Of a stretch of 64,000 nucleotides of DNA, positions 1 to 42,719 are shown piece after piece. Below the pieces are notes generated by a model. That model had not been told where the DNA came from. It did not search any database and worked only from the letters and a program-made list of their open reading frames with translations. The stretch is from NCBI GenBank assembly GCA_951406725.2, contig OX597818.1:43834001-43898000 (forward strand), given 5' to 3'. A program made the position numbers and the translations under genes. Origin of the DNA: Octopus vulgaris (taxonomy: Eukaryota). The first letter of the stretch is position 1. Each line of letters begins with the position of its first letter.

Positions 1-29196
<29,196 letters not shown>

Positions 29197-30226
29197 TGGA
29201 GTGAAAGTGGATGTTTGAGTGGTTTCATATATATATATATATAGACATATATATATATATATGTGTGTGTGTGTGTATATAACTTGAGCAATACCTTCAG
29301 GCCAGTTGCTTCCTTATGGACTGATGATGTAGAGTTGTACAATATATATATATATATATATAAAGCTATTCAGCAAATGAACTGCCATTTCAGAGTTACT
29401 CAGAGATATCTGGGGGAAAAAAAAAAGCATGTTGATTTTATATATATACATATGTGTGTGTGTATGTATATATTTATATATATATATATGTGTATTATGT
29501 ATGTATGTATGTGTGTATGTATGTGTATGTATATATGTGTACGTAAATGTTTGTGTGTTGCTACATTTTAGTAATGTAACAGAAGAGGATGAGATGTTTG
29601 TTGCACATAACACTTAAAAAATGTTGATGCATTTCTTCTTTATTCATTTATGTCAGCTGAAAAGTTTGGGAGCTTCAATTGGTTCTCACTGAAAAATTGG
29701 TACTGAATCTTGGTTACTTATCGTCCATTTAATTTCTACTCTTGTTTTCTGTTTTTTTTTTAATTACCAAAGGTATCTTAATCTCCTGATGGTGTGTATT
29801 CTCTAACCTCACATCACCCTAACCTGCTTTCTTACATTTCTATTGAATAGTTTTGCGAAACAAATAGCTGTTCAATTCATAAACTAATTTGTTGCTGTTG
29901 AAAGCAACTGGACAAAAGCAATTCATATTTTTATTTTACTCCTTCATTCTGAAAAATTTCGGGCCTATTTCTGTGAAAATGATGGAGGGTTTAATTCCGT
30001 CTATTACCAATTGCTTTTAATATCATCATTATTATTATTTAAACCAAATAGGAAATACAGCTTTTTCTTCCCAATTTTTTTAATGCTGATTCTACCAACC
30101 TGAAGAATAAGGTAACATATGTAGGAAATATGAGGGTCTTTGCTTTCTTATGTTTGTTTTTTTTTGTAAATATTTATTCTTTGTTACAACAACACACCCT
30201 CTGAATTTAGGCTTCAATGGCTACAG

Positions 30227-30232
30227 AATAAA
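30227..30232 (+). terminator. Candidate CKAP5 polyadenylation signal (AATAAA; a second one at 30296-30301)
   Basis: AATAAA ~1 kb after the stop codon, followed by U/GU-rich sequence; repeat-poor up to here. Confidence 0.45.
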
Positions 30233-31300
30233 ACCACTGACCCCTTTAAGTTTGATATATATATTTTTTAAATATCAGTAAATTTGTTTCAGGGAAATAA
30301 AGGTTAAAATTTTGAAACTGAATTTGTTTTCTTTTATTTGAAAGGTGTTACATTGATTGATTGAAATAGGATTTCCCTGCTTACTGTTATGTTGTTGATG
30401 CTGTTGTTTTGAATTCAGGTCAAACAGACTTCTGATCACCTTCCTACTATGACCATTCCATCTTTTTTCCACGTGTTAAGAAGCTAAGATCATCTAACCC
30501 AATATGTCTTTTTTTTTAGATGCTAGGGTGTGGTTTGTAGTTTGTTAGTTTGTAGTTAATTTTGCTGCTATATCTAGCAGGTCAAGAAAGAACACAAAAG
30601 CTCCCCCACTAGTTTGCCCCACACTTTCCTATTGTTTGCAGGTAGCCAAGTAACTGTTATTTAGTAAAATCAACAAAAAGAGTCAAGTAAAGTTACCATT
30701 TTGGAATGGATTGTCTATGTTCAGTCCGGGACAATGGTCTCAGCATATTTTCTCCACCAATCATAGTCTGATATGGAAGCAGTGAATTTGAGCCAGTCAT
30801 ACTGGTTTGATGAGCCTACTCGACCACACTGGATCAACATGGCTTGGCAGAGGGGTGGAGTTTATTATGCTCTTACCCAGGAGTAGTTACGTCAATTACA
30901 TTAACCCCAGTGCTCAACTAGTACTTATTTTATTGACCCCAAAAGGATGAAAAGCAAAGTCGACTTAGGCAGAATTTGAACTCAGAATGTGAAAATAGAC
31001 AAAATACCAGGAAGCATTTCACCTGGTGTGCTAATGATTCTGCCAGCTCACTGCTTAAGGAGTGAAAAATTTAACATTTCAGACAGAGCCTTTCTTTAGG
31101 GAAAAGTTGATAGGAGTGAAATTAATAAGAGGCAGTAGATAAGGAACATTACCTATACATAGATTTTACAACAATGGAATTCAGTTGTTACCTCTAAAAT
31201 GTTCTGATATACCTTAAAATATATGCATTATTACCCTGCATATTGTTAGTGTTGAAATTCAGTAATGCAAAAAGAAGCACAACTTTTATTAACTGACATA

Positions 31301-31630
31301 TCATCATCATCATCATCATCGTTTAACGTCCGCTTTCCATGCTAGCATGGGTTTGATGGTTCAACTGGGGTCTGGGAAGCAGAGAAGGCTGCACCGGGCC
31401 CAGTCTGATCTGGCAGTGTTTCTACGGCTGGATGCCCTTCCTAACGCCAACCACTCTGTGAGTGTAGTGGGTACTTTTTATGTGTCACCGGCACAGGTGC
31501 CAGACGAGGCTGGCAAACGGCCACGATCGGATGGTGCTTTTTACATGCCACCGGCACGGAGGCCAGTCGGGGCAGCGCTGGCAATGGCCACATTCGGATG
31601 GTTCTCTTACGTGCCACCGGCACTGGTATC
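31301..31630 (-). mobile_element. Repeat family B
   Basis: Same consensus. Confidence 0.85.
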
Positions 31631-32788
31631 ACACTATGTATACATATTTGTATATCTTTTGCCAAAAGATGTAAACATTAACAAGAACCTTGAAAAACCA
31701 ATGTTTTCAAATAAAAATACTCTGTGCAGTATTTGTTCAATACTGAATTGCACAGAGAATTCCTTGTCATTCATCATTTTAAATGTAATTTACCAGTTAT
31801 TGATTTGTTGGAAAATCTACAATCAATGATATTTATCAGTCACAAAATGCAACGTAAAATAAGGTATGGGAGACAACTCTGGACAAGTTTTCATGTTATT
31901 AGACTTCCTTGACTAAGCATAGACTTCATGGTATTTACCAAAGTAGAAATAAAAGAATCACTATGTTGATATACAATATTGAACACAGGTAGGTGTGAAA
32001 AGCTATGTTTTAAATGTACTGTCTTTTCAGTTTTGTGTACACTAAACGTATCATTGTTTTATTGTCCACTTTTCTATGTTTGCATGGGTCAGATAATATT
32101 TTAGCTGAGATAGATTTTCTATGTCCAGATGATCTTCCTGTGCCACCTTTCCCCTGTTTCCAAGCAAAGTAAGAGATCCTCTTGTCTGTTGAACAACAAA
32201 CAGCAGAGGAGTATAAACAAATGACATCATTTGTATGAGCAGTGACTTTTCTGCCTACAGTAGCTCATACACGTCAAGTCAGTACATGCCTACTCACATG
32301 TGTGCGCACACACACACATACACACATACATGGTAGCCTTCTTCCAGTTTCCATCCACCAAACTTCACTAGTGGTCAACCTCAGGTTATAGAAGCGGACA
32401 CCAGCCAACATTGTCAATTCACTGGCAACAAACCTTCGAATATGTGGTTGCCAAACCAACTTCTTTGTAACATGGCTAAGTCTGTGCCTATCAAGTGTGA
32501 AATATTTCTTCTTGTGCTGGATGCTAGTTGATATGAATTAATTAAATTTTAGAAAAAGGCAAGAAGTTAAGAAGTTTGCATCTCAGTCACATGCTTTTGG
32601 GTTCAGTTCCAAGTATCTGCAACTACAACCCCAGACCAACCAAAGTCATGTGAACATATTTGGCAGATGGAAACTGAAGAAGCCTGTCGTGTGTATGGAT
32701 ATATCTATGTATATATGTTTCACTATGTGCAGCTGAAACACCATTAAATTAATATCGCTGTCTGTGTATCATATTAAGTGTATGAATA

Positions 32789-32996
32789 CCTATTTCTTTA
32801 TTACCAACAAGGGCAGACATAGGTATTAAGTCGATTACATTGACCCCAGTGTGTAACTGGTACTTAATTTATCGACCCCGAAAGGATGAAAGGCAAAGTC
32901 GACCTCGGCGGAATTTGAACTCACAACGTAACGACAGACAAAATACTGCTACGCATTTCGCCCGGCGTGCTAACGTTTCTGCCAGTTCACCGCCTT
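32789..32996 (-). mobile_element. SINE family C
   Basis: Reverse complement of consensus; TATGAATACC duplicated at the flanks. Confidence 0.8.
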
Positions 32997-33277
32997 AAGT
33001 ATGAATACCATCAGAAGGCTTGCTGGTGCACATAAAAAGGCATCCAGTCCACTCCATGAACTGATTGGTGTTGGGAAGGGCATCCAGCCATAAGAACCAT
33101 ATCAAAACAGACAGAAGTCTGGTGCAGTCTTCTTGCCCAGCTCCTGTCAACCAGTTCAACTCCTGCCAACATGGAAGGCAAACATTAAATGATGGTGGTG
33201 TGGAATTGTCTGAGATAAAATCTCTTTATAGATTTGTTGTGTTAGAAACACTATCACAATATATATATATATTTTTT

Positions 33278-33653
33278 TATTTACTTGTTTCAGTCATTTG
33301 ACTGCGGCCATGCTGGAGCACTGCCTTTAGTCGAGCAAATCGACCCAGGGACTTATTCTTTGTAAGCCTACTACTTATTCTATCGGTCTCTTTTGCCGAA
33401 CCGCTAAGTGACAGGGACATAAACACACCAGCATCGGTTGTCAAGCAATGCTAGGGGGACAAACAGACACACAAACACACACACATACATATATACGACG
33501 AGCTTCTTTCAGTTCCGTCTACCAAATCCACTCACAAGGCTTTGGTTCGTCCGAGGCTATAGTAGAAGACACTTGCCCACGGTACCACGCAGTGGGACTG
33601 AACCCGGAACCATGTGGTTGGTAAACAAGCTACTTACCACACAGCCACTCCTG
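33278..33653 (-). mobile_element. SINE family A
   Basis: Same consensus. Confidence 0.9.
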
Positions 33654-34391
33654 TAGTAGGTTTCCCTAATTTTGATAATTCTCATTCCAGACCTGTTACT
33701 ATTATAACAAAATGCTTCTTATAGGTGCAGGCGTCGATTAAATAAGTACCAGTTACGCACTGGGATCGATATAATCGGCTTAATCCGTTTGTCTGTCCTT
33801 GTTTGTCCTCTCTGTGTTTAGCCCCTTGTGGGTAGTAAAGAAATAGGCATTTCGTCTGCCGTTATGTTCTGAGTTCAAATTCCACTGAGGTCTACTTTGC
33901 CTTTCATCCTTTCAGGGTCGATAAATTAAGTACCAGTTACGCACTTGGGTCGATATAATCGACTTAATCCCTTTGTCTGTCCTTGTTTGTCCTCCCTATG
34001 TTTAGTGCCTTGTGGGCAGTAAAGAAATAAGAAACTAAAAACCCATCATATGTATATATATATGTGTGTATGTGTGCATATGCATGTGTCACTTTATCTT
34101 GACATTGTACTGTCATACAAGCAGTGTCATTTATTTCCAGTCTGCTGTGAAAACATGTCTGGCCATGGGGAAATATTTATTACGTTACTTGGAAACGGCT
34201 GAGGCTTGGCAACAGGAAAGGCATCAAGCTGTACAAAATCTGCCTCAACAAACTCTGTCTGACCCATGCAAGCTTGGAAAAGAAGGCATTAAAACATTGA
34301 CGAATATCTGTGAATATATTACACAGCTCTCACTCTCACAGTGTGTGCGTTATAATGATGTTTTCTTTTCTCTAATGTATTTCTCCAGTAT

Positions 34392-34579
34392 GTGGAGGCA
34401 CATGGCTTAGTGGTTAGGGTGTCGGCACCATGATCGTAAGATTGTGGTTTAGATTCCTGGACAGGGTGACATGCTGTGTTCTTGAGCAAAACACTTCATT
34501 TCACGTTGCTCCAGTCCACTCAGCTGGCAAAAATGAGTAACACTGCGAAGGACTGGTATCCTGTCCAGCTGGAGAACAC
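34392..34579 (+). mobile_element. tRNA-derived SINE (family D-like head)
   Basis: TGGCTTAGTGGTTAGGG head, then GTGTTCTTGAGCAAAACAC...CCAGTCCACTCAGCTGGCAAAAATGAGT. Confidence 0.7.
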
Positions 34580-34881
34580 ATCATCATCATTTAGCGTCCG
34601 CTTTCCATGCTTTCCAGTCTGATCTAGCAATGTTTCTATGGCTGGATGCCCTTCCTAACGCCAACCATTCGGTGAGTGTAGTGGGTGCTTTTTATGTGCC
34701 ACCGGCACAGGTGCCAGACGAGGTTGGCAAACAGCCACAGTTGGATGGTGCTTTTTACGTGCCACCGGCACAGGGGCTAGACGAGGCTGGCAAACGGCCA
34801 CGGTTGGATGGTGCTTTTTACGTGCCACCGGCACAGGGGCCAGGCGAGGCTGGCAACGGCCACGATCGGATGGTGCTTTTT
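34580..34881 (-). mobile_element. Repeat family B with tandem ~64-bp units
   Basis: Same consensus; GGTGCTTTTT recurs four times. Confidence 0.85.
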
Positions 34882-35313
34882 CGGGAAACCGAGCCCATGA
34901 GCCTGGCTAGGCTTTAAAAGGGCGCATTTATTTATTTATTTTATTATTCCTCCAGTATGAAGCCAGATGGGTGTGGTTTGAAGAGCACTAGTGACTGTTT
35001 CAGTCAAGTCAGTCTCTCATGTAAAGCCTCGTTTAGATGTTTAGCTCTGATTGAGCAATCTGTGATAAAAAGCATTCCTGTCTTCTATATTAGGGACTAC
35101 ATTCACCAATGTTCTTTTAAGAGAGTGTATAATTTTGAGGGTGATTTAGGTGCTATTTTTAGTTAATCAAGCAATGGCACAGAGGCTGTCTTATACATTT
35201 GTGGCTGTTTTAGTTGTTATTCAGTCTAAGGTCAGTAATCTTTGATGGAGCATCTAATGAATTTATCTTGTTTTAAGAATCACACATGTGTTGTTTGTGT
35301 TTATCTTCACCTC

Positions 35314-35346
<33 letters not shown>

Positions 35347-37698
35347 GGGGGTTAGTAAGTGTGAGTGTAGACATAAGCACGTGTCAATGTATTTGTTAAG
35401 TGTGTTGCAAGTTGAATTGAGTTTCCTGAATGTAGATGACCAGAAGGAACTGTTGAGTGGGGAATAGAGGGGGCAGAAGAAGGGGAAGAGAAAGAGAGAG
35501 AGAGGGACAGCTAATTAAAAGACAGGAAGATAGGAGGACAGAAACAGATGCATGAGAGAGATGGAGATTGCTGCTAAAACAAATATGAAAACAAAAAGCT
35601 GGAGGATTAGATATGTGGTATATCTTGTGTGTGAAGGTATGTGGCTTAGTGGTTAGGATGGTTTGCTCACAATTGTAAGTTCATGGGTTCAATACCCGGT
35701 AGTGCAGTGTGTCCTTGAGCAAGACACTTTGCTCCAGTCCACTCAGCTGGCAAAAACGAGTTGTATCTGTATTTCAAAGGATCAGTCTTATTTCTTTATT
35801 ACCCACAGGGGGCTAAACATAGAGGGGACAAACAAGGACAGACAAAGGGATTAAGTTGATTACATCAACTCCAGTGCGAAACTGGTACTTAATTTAACCA
35901 CAAGGTTGTGTTTGCACCTAAGAAATTCTTAACACACAACCACACCTGTGCTTAAAATATATGTGTGTGTGTGTGTGCATTTATGGTCAAGTAGTTATGA
36001 TGCTAGGCTCGTGAATATAAGGTGGCAAGCTGGCAGGAACATTAGCACACCGGGCGAAATGCTTAGCGGTATTTCATCTGGCAGAAAAGTTAGCACGCTG
36101 GGCGAAATGCATAGCCGTATTTCATCTGCTGTTATGTTCTGAGTTCAAATTGGTGCAGCCATCTGGTTTGCCAGACCTCAGTCAAATCGTCCAACCCATG
36201 CTAGCATGGAAAGCAGACGTTAAACAAAACAACGATATGTGTCTCCATTGGCTTCAAATACTTCCAGCAGATCAGAGCAGACTTTCACCTTTCTCATTTT
36301 CAAATTGGTTGTCATCTGCTGAGATGCCAACATTACACACACACACACACACACACACTTTCCATTACCCGAAGTCATTTTCTATAATGCTTTGTGATCA
36401 GAGTCCAGTTGTGCAGCAAACCCATGGATTGTGACTCATTTGCCTGCGTGAGTCATTTCATCCATCTGTTAGTGATTCATGTCAGAGATGACAATCAATG
36501 CTCGCCCACTGCATGGTTTGTCTTCAATGCTAGTTTCCCTTCCTTCAAACACCATCCATCTGTGCACATTGCTCTTGCCAACTGTATCAGCCCTGTAAAC
36601 AATGTGTAGCCCTTCTGTGAGTGTCAGACAACCTGCACCTCCACCTTTATTGAAAACTCAATGATGGCATATTGCATTTGCATGGAACCTATTATCTGCC
36701 TGCAATGCAGAAGAATAGAAGAGAAGCTACAACAGAAGAAAAGTTATTCTGCAAATGTGTGCAGTTGAATGACCTATGTTAGTTAATAAAAAGTTATATG
36801 CCCAATTTCCATTTTCATTATAATCGTCATAATTACTTAGTTTGAATACCAAAATATTTACAAAAAGCAGAGCAAAACAACAACAACCCATAAAATGTTT
36901 TGACTGCCATTCCTCTCAATAGGATTGTCTGCATGCATTAATAGAAATAATGAACATTACCTTAATATCAATAAAGACTGCTGTCATGCATTTACATGTC
37001 TATCCTATTATTTGGCATTGTAAGGGATGGGAAATAAGGCATTGTTTACTGGAAGTAAACAAGTGGGAATAGAAGTGTAATGATTAATGTTGTATGAGAG
37101 GAGAATGAGATTGGGGTAACATCAACTTTGTAAATGAAATGAATTGCCTTTATGATAGGCGAACTAGGTCATGACAACCCTCCCGCTGATATTAAATTGA
37201 CAATAAGTCTCTCGTCTATTTTTTCATCATCAGCATCATCATTGTCATCGTCGTCATCATCATCATCATCATCATTGTTTAACGTCTGCTTTCCATGCTA
37301 GCATGGGTGGGACGATTTGACTGAGAGCTGGTTAATCAGATGGCTGCACCAGACTCCAATCTGATCTGGCAGAGTTTCTACAGCTTGATGCCCTTCCTAA
37401 CTCTGAGAGTGTAGTGGGTGCTTTTACGTGCCACTTGCAAGAGGGCCAGGGACTTCATAGTTACTCGCAATTTAGAAAAGGAGCTGTTAGGATGATCAGG
37501 GAAAAGATAAAAACAGTGGTGATGAGGTGTCTTATTGTTGGAATATGTTAATAACTTTTGATTAACATTGTAGTAAATATAGAGCTAAGATTGAATCCTT
37601 CAACAATGAGAAACAGAAACTGAAGGCAGGAATTGGTAAATAAATTCGTAAATATAAACACTAATATAAGACAGCTATGTATTGTTCTTAATAATATA

Positions 37699-38302
37699 CA
37701 GGGGCTGGACAAAATAATGGAAACACCTAGCATCATAGCATCATGATTTTGAAATATCTATAAAACCATCAAAAACTTGTTTATTTTTATGTTTTTTGAT
37801 TTATTGTTAGTGTTGCTTAATATGTTTTGATAAAATTACTGTTTCTTTTCAGATATAATCAGAAAAAGGTAATTAAAATTCATTAAAATTGCAGATCTAT
37901 CAGACTTTCAAAGAGGTCAAATTGTTGGTGCTCATATGGCAGGTGCTAGCATAACGAAAACAGCCGTAATGTTTGGTATATCAAAAATTACTGTCTTGAA
38001 AGTAATGACAGCCTTTGAGAAGAAGGGAAAAACCTCATTGAAACAAAACCAAAACTTTCAGATAAGGACCATTAGACTCTTACATGAATTGTTGGAAAGG
38101 ATCACAAAAATACAGCTCCTCAAATTACTGCAGAGTTTAATGACCACCTCAAGAACCCAGTTTCCACAAAAACTGCTTGCTGGGAGCTGCACAAAGCTAG
38201 ATTTCATGGGAGGGCTGCAATCAGAAAACCACGACTTTCAAAAACATACGTTGCAAAGCATTTAGAATGGAGTGAAAACCTACAGAATTGGTCCCTTGAC
38301 AA
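37699..38302 (+). mobile_element. Tc1-like DNA transposon, 5' part with frameshifted transposase
   Basis: TA + CAGGGGCTGGACAAAATAATGGAAACACC end; DLSDFQRGQIVGAHMAGASITKTA...ELHKARFHGRAAIRKP (HTH region). Confidence 0.85.
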
Positions 38303-38948
38303 ATACCAGCTACCCACCTACTCCAAATATTAACGAAAATTTTGACCCTGCTCTTTCTTTATTAACAAGAAAATAAAACAGAGTTTGCCTCCATAAGATT
38401 CTCTTTTGTTTGCCTTGGTGTTGAAGAAGTTTAAGAAGTTTAAAATTGTTGTAATTTCATTAAGCATAGCAATTTATCTTCCCCTTTTTTTAAGTAAGAA
38501 GGAATATTTATCTCTATATAACATCTTCAATACATGAGTAGCATGCTGAAGAATGCATTTAGCATGTCTATCCCATTTACAAACAACAACTGTTGATTGA
38601 TCAACAACTTCCCAGTGAATAGAAACTGTTAATTTTAGTATTTAAATACTGATGGTTTTAGAGGTTTGTTGTTGAGTAGAGAAGGAGTGTTGTGTTCAGC
38701 TGATATGTGTTGTGATGACGGTGAATCACACCATCTTTAGAATATGTGGTTCATGTGATTTCATAGATGACACTTAGATGGAAAAGGCTGTCAAGCAGTG
38801 GAAGAAGATATCCACAGGAGTGTTTCTGATTAGAATCAATGTTAAGAAAATTGTTGATGCAAGGACAGATGACTGCATGAGTTTGTAGGAAATACTACCG
38901 TATGTAAGGAGTTGGTGACAAATGTCTCCTTTTTGAACGCCGCATGGT

Positions 38949-39893
38949 TGCCCCTAACAAAATATATAGCCAAATACATGATATAAAATACAGTGCCAAA
39001 AGGAATAAATGAGGATGACGACCATTCTACTGTTTGAGAGAGAAGAACTTTATTTACAAATGTGTATAAGGAGAGTGTGTGAGTGCTAGCAAAGTGGAGT
39101 GTCTGTGTGCATGCGACAAGTGTTTGTGTCTGTGTGTTCGTGTGTGCGATAGAAGGTGTATGTGTATAAAACAGAAATACAGAGCATAAGACAAGTCTCT
39201 CAGCATATTGAGTTAAGATGGAATTTGTTTACCAGTTCGTTAGTGAGGTACACGATAGCAATAGTTCTGTAACAGGATGTTGGGCTCACGAGGCAGAATG
39301 CTGGTTGGACACATGTCGTGTAGTGGTTTGTGGCTTCAATGCCGTGCCGAGTCTCTTGATACAGGAAGTTCTTTCAGATAGACTGGAACTGTTTACCTCG
39401 GTGAAATATTCACAAGAGCGTGGAGTTTAAACCTGAACAAGTGCTGTGTACGTATTTGAAGTTGATGGTGGTGGAGATGTCCTACGCTGCTGGTGTATAT
39501 TAGCGTCATCATGGCTGGATCAGGAACATGGTTGGCTGACTGGTTGTCTGTCACTAGAACTGGAACATGGCTGAGTCGCTCGGCGGTCAGAGGTTAGTCC
39601 TGAAAAGGACTGGAACCTAAGACCGATGTTGCAGGAACATGGTTGAGTAGCTCTGTGGTCAGTGACTAGACTTAAGAAGGTCTAGAGCCAAAAGACCTGG
39701 AATAGTGAATACTGGTGCCTTATAAAGCCTGGGGTAGGCTCAAACAAGGCATGAGAAAAACAGTGTCACGAGACCTTATCCGAAGGCCATGATTGGTTGG
39801 CTTACACACTGGTGCGAAATAAGTCGAGAGACAAACTGCACCAATGCCAACCAATCAGAGCAGTGGACACAACAGGGTCAAACTAGTCAAACA
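38949..39893 (-). mobile_element. Solo-LTR-like insertion
   Basis: TG...CA ends with TGGT duplicated on both sides (alternatively an 8-bp CATGGTTG duplication). On the minus strand, CCAAT-type boxes, a TATA-like motif (~39720) and AATAAA (~39050) appear in LTR order. Confidence 0.5.
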
Positions 39894-40100
39894 TGGTTGT
39901 TATCTAGCACAAGATCATTCCTAATATGTCTCTCAAACAGTGAGGATATCAGTTATGCTACAAGTTAAATGCTCACTCAAAGCAGTGGAGTAGTTAGGGA
40001 GGATCCACTAATACACTAACAGATTGGTCCGATCAGAAACTTTCAATGTAAGAGAAGCAGAAGCAATTTTACTAGGTGAAAATGTTTGTCTCTTTGGTAC

Positions 40101-40510
40101 ACTCTTTTACTCTTTTACTTGTTTCAGTCATTTGACTGTGGCCATGCTGGAGCACCATCTTTAGTCGAGCAAATCGACTCCAGGACTTATTCTTTGTATG
40201 CCTAGTACTTATTCTATCAGTCTCTTTTGCCGAACTGCTAAGTTACAGGGACATAAACACACCAGCATCGGTTGTCAAGTGATGTTGGAGGGACAAACAC
40301 AGATATACAAACACACACACACATATATATATATACATATATATACGACGGGCTTCTTTCAGTTTTCATCTACCAAATCCACTCACAAGGCTTTGTTCAG
40401 CCCGAGGCTATAGTAGAAGACACTTGCCCAAGGTGCCACACAGTGGGACTGGACCCGGAACCATGTGGTTTGTAAGCAAGCTACTTACCACACAGCCACT
40501 CCTACGCCTT
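40101..40510 (-). mobile_element. SINE family A
   Basis: Same consensus. Confidence 0.9.
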
Positions 40511-41233
40511 CTTACCATACAGCCACTCCTACACCTAGAAATGTAGAGACTGACAAAATATAATTAGGCATGTCATTTCTGCCAGCTCGCTGCCTTAAAC
40601 ACCAGACAATCTTTATCTGTATTCCAATTTTTCTCCACCGTTTTCTTTTTTCTCACTTTTTGTTTTTCCAATTCTGTCTTTGCTCTATTATTGAATATAT
40701 AGAATGGAAAGACTGATAAATATTTTGCTAATGCCTGATATAATGATGGAACCAGCAGAAAATTTGTCAAAACGTTCTGAGTTCACTTGGATGAATGGAT
40801 ATATCTTAATTAATTCTGTATTAGATTCAGTTTAGCTAGAGGCACCTGCGTCAAATAGAGATAAGAATGTGGAATTCTCTATCTATAATTATGAAATAAT
40901 AAGTCAAGAACTGATTTAGCTATCACTGGATTCTCATTAGGGTTTAGACGAGTTCTGATATAACAAAGATCTATAAAAATAAAATGTGAAAAAATTTGAC
41001 ATAAACATGAAATAAAAATAATTGGCATTATAAATAACCATCTAATTGTTGTATTGCAGAGGCTCATTTAAGAAGCTAGTTTGTGCACAACTGTTTTGGG
41101 TTTCCAGTTTAATATTGTACTCTAATCAATGGTTGTCAAAGCGACAAACATAAGCCCTGCCTTTGAGTATTAACCAGGGGCTGCGTTGGTGAATTTCAGA
41201 AAGCATGAAGTTTTTGAAAGATGCAGTATACAC

Positions 41234-41655
41234 TTTACTCTCTCTTTTACTCTTTTACTTGTTTCAGTCATTTGACTGTGGCCATGCTGGAGCACCACCA
41301 TTAGTCGATCAAATCAACCCCAGGACTTATTCTTTGGAAGTCTAGTACTTATTCTATCGGTTCCTTTTGTTGAACCGCTAAGTTATGGGGACGTAAACAC
41401 ACCAGTATTGGTTGTCAAGCAATGTTGGGGGACAAACATAGACGCACATACATATACACACACATACATATATATATATACGTATATATACGACAGGTTT
41501 CTTTCAGTTTCCATCTACCAAATCCACTCACAAGGCTTTGGTCGGCCCAAGGCTATAGTAGAAAACACTTGCCTAAGGTGCCACGCAATGGGAATGAACT
41601 TGGAACCATGTGGCTGGTAAGCTAGCTACTTACCACACAGCCACTCCTATGCCTA
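41234..41655 (-). mobile_element. SINE family A
   Basis: Same consensus. Confidence 0.88.
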
Positions 41656-41999
41656 TACTAACTGTTAACAACTGACATGGCTGGTTTATTTCATACTTTG
41701 ACAGTCCTGAGTGTGAAAAATGCTCCTGAAAGTCATGGTTGCTGTGCTGTTTTTCATTTAATGTGATATATAACTTTTAATGTAAATATAATAGTTGTAG
41801 ACTCCATGAATCTCTCAGTTACTTTGGACGTACTTTCTTTCTATTTGATCATGCATTTAAAATGAGAAACCATGCACCACATTACATATGCACATGCTAT
41901 TTCATAACACAGCCATTTTGTAGAGAATTCCATAAAATATCGAGATTATTTATACATATATTAACCCTTTTGTTACTGTACTTATTTTGAGATGCTCTG

Positions 42000-42342
42000 T
42001 ATATATGGGATTTGTGAGGGTGAATTCAAGAGATGTTATGCAGACCACCAATCTTTCCAGCTCATCAATAAAAGTCATGCAACTAAGTTGGTTAACCACA
42101 CATGGAAGCTGATGAGCAGCTCCACATCACATACAATTAAGTGGAGAATAGAGGAGAACACCAAGTCATATTTTAATGGTTCTAAGAAATGCAGCCTATG
42201 CATAGCAGAAAGATTTCATATTCTTCTTTAATCCAGCAATTTCAACACACTGCTTAATTCAAGAATTGAAATTTTTAGCAGGTGTAGACACATAGACAAG
42301 TTTCTTTTATCGAATTGGAAGGCACCACCTGCATCAGATTGA
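42000..42342 (+). mobile_element. Penelope-like element C-terminal GIY-YIG region
   Basis: GICEGEFKRCYADHQSF...TKLVNHTWKL...IKWRI...YFNGSKKCSLCIAERFHI...LLNSRIEIFSRCRHIDKFLL. Confidence 0.85.
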
Positions 42343-42719
42343 GTTATTGTCTTTCAGACTTTGACATATTTGCTGCTATTTTGTTCTAAACCAGTTGTAT
42401 TTAATGAGCTTTCTGCAATCAGGGAGGACAAGGATCTTAGTTCTTGATATTTATTTCTTTTTTCTCATTCCATTTTTTGCACCAATCTCCTTCACATTTT
42501 CCCCACATTTTTCCTTATTTTCTTACTGTCCAGTATCCTTGTTTTTAAAAAAAATATATAATGCATAAACAGACCCTGAAAGATTGCTTTAAGATACATG
42601 ATGTATTTTATAAATATGCCTGTTCAAGTATCATAATAGCATGAAACTATTAGTAGCTCTTTCAGTTGTGAGAAGCCATTTAGTGTAAGAGATTATGAAG
42701 AAGAAGAAATTGAGATGAA

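Noticed and set aside
34680-34881. Regularly spaced GGTGCTTTTTACGTGCCACCGGCAC repeats resembling a CRISPR array
   Set aside because: The spacers are themselves homologous, the units are part of the RTE-derived family B, the context is eukaryotic and no cas genes are present.
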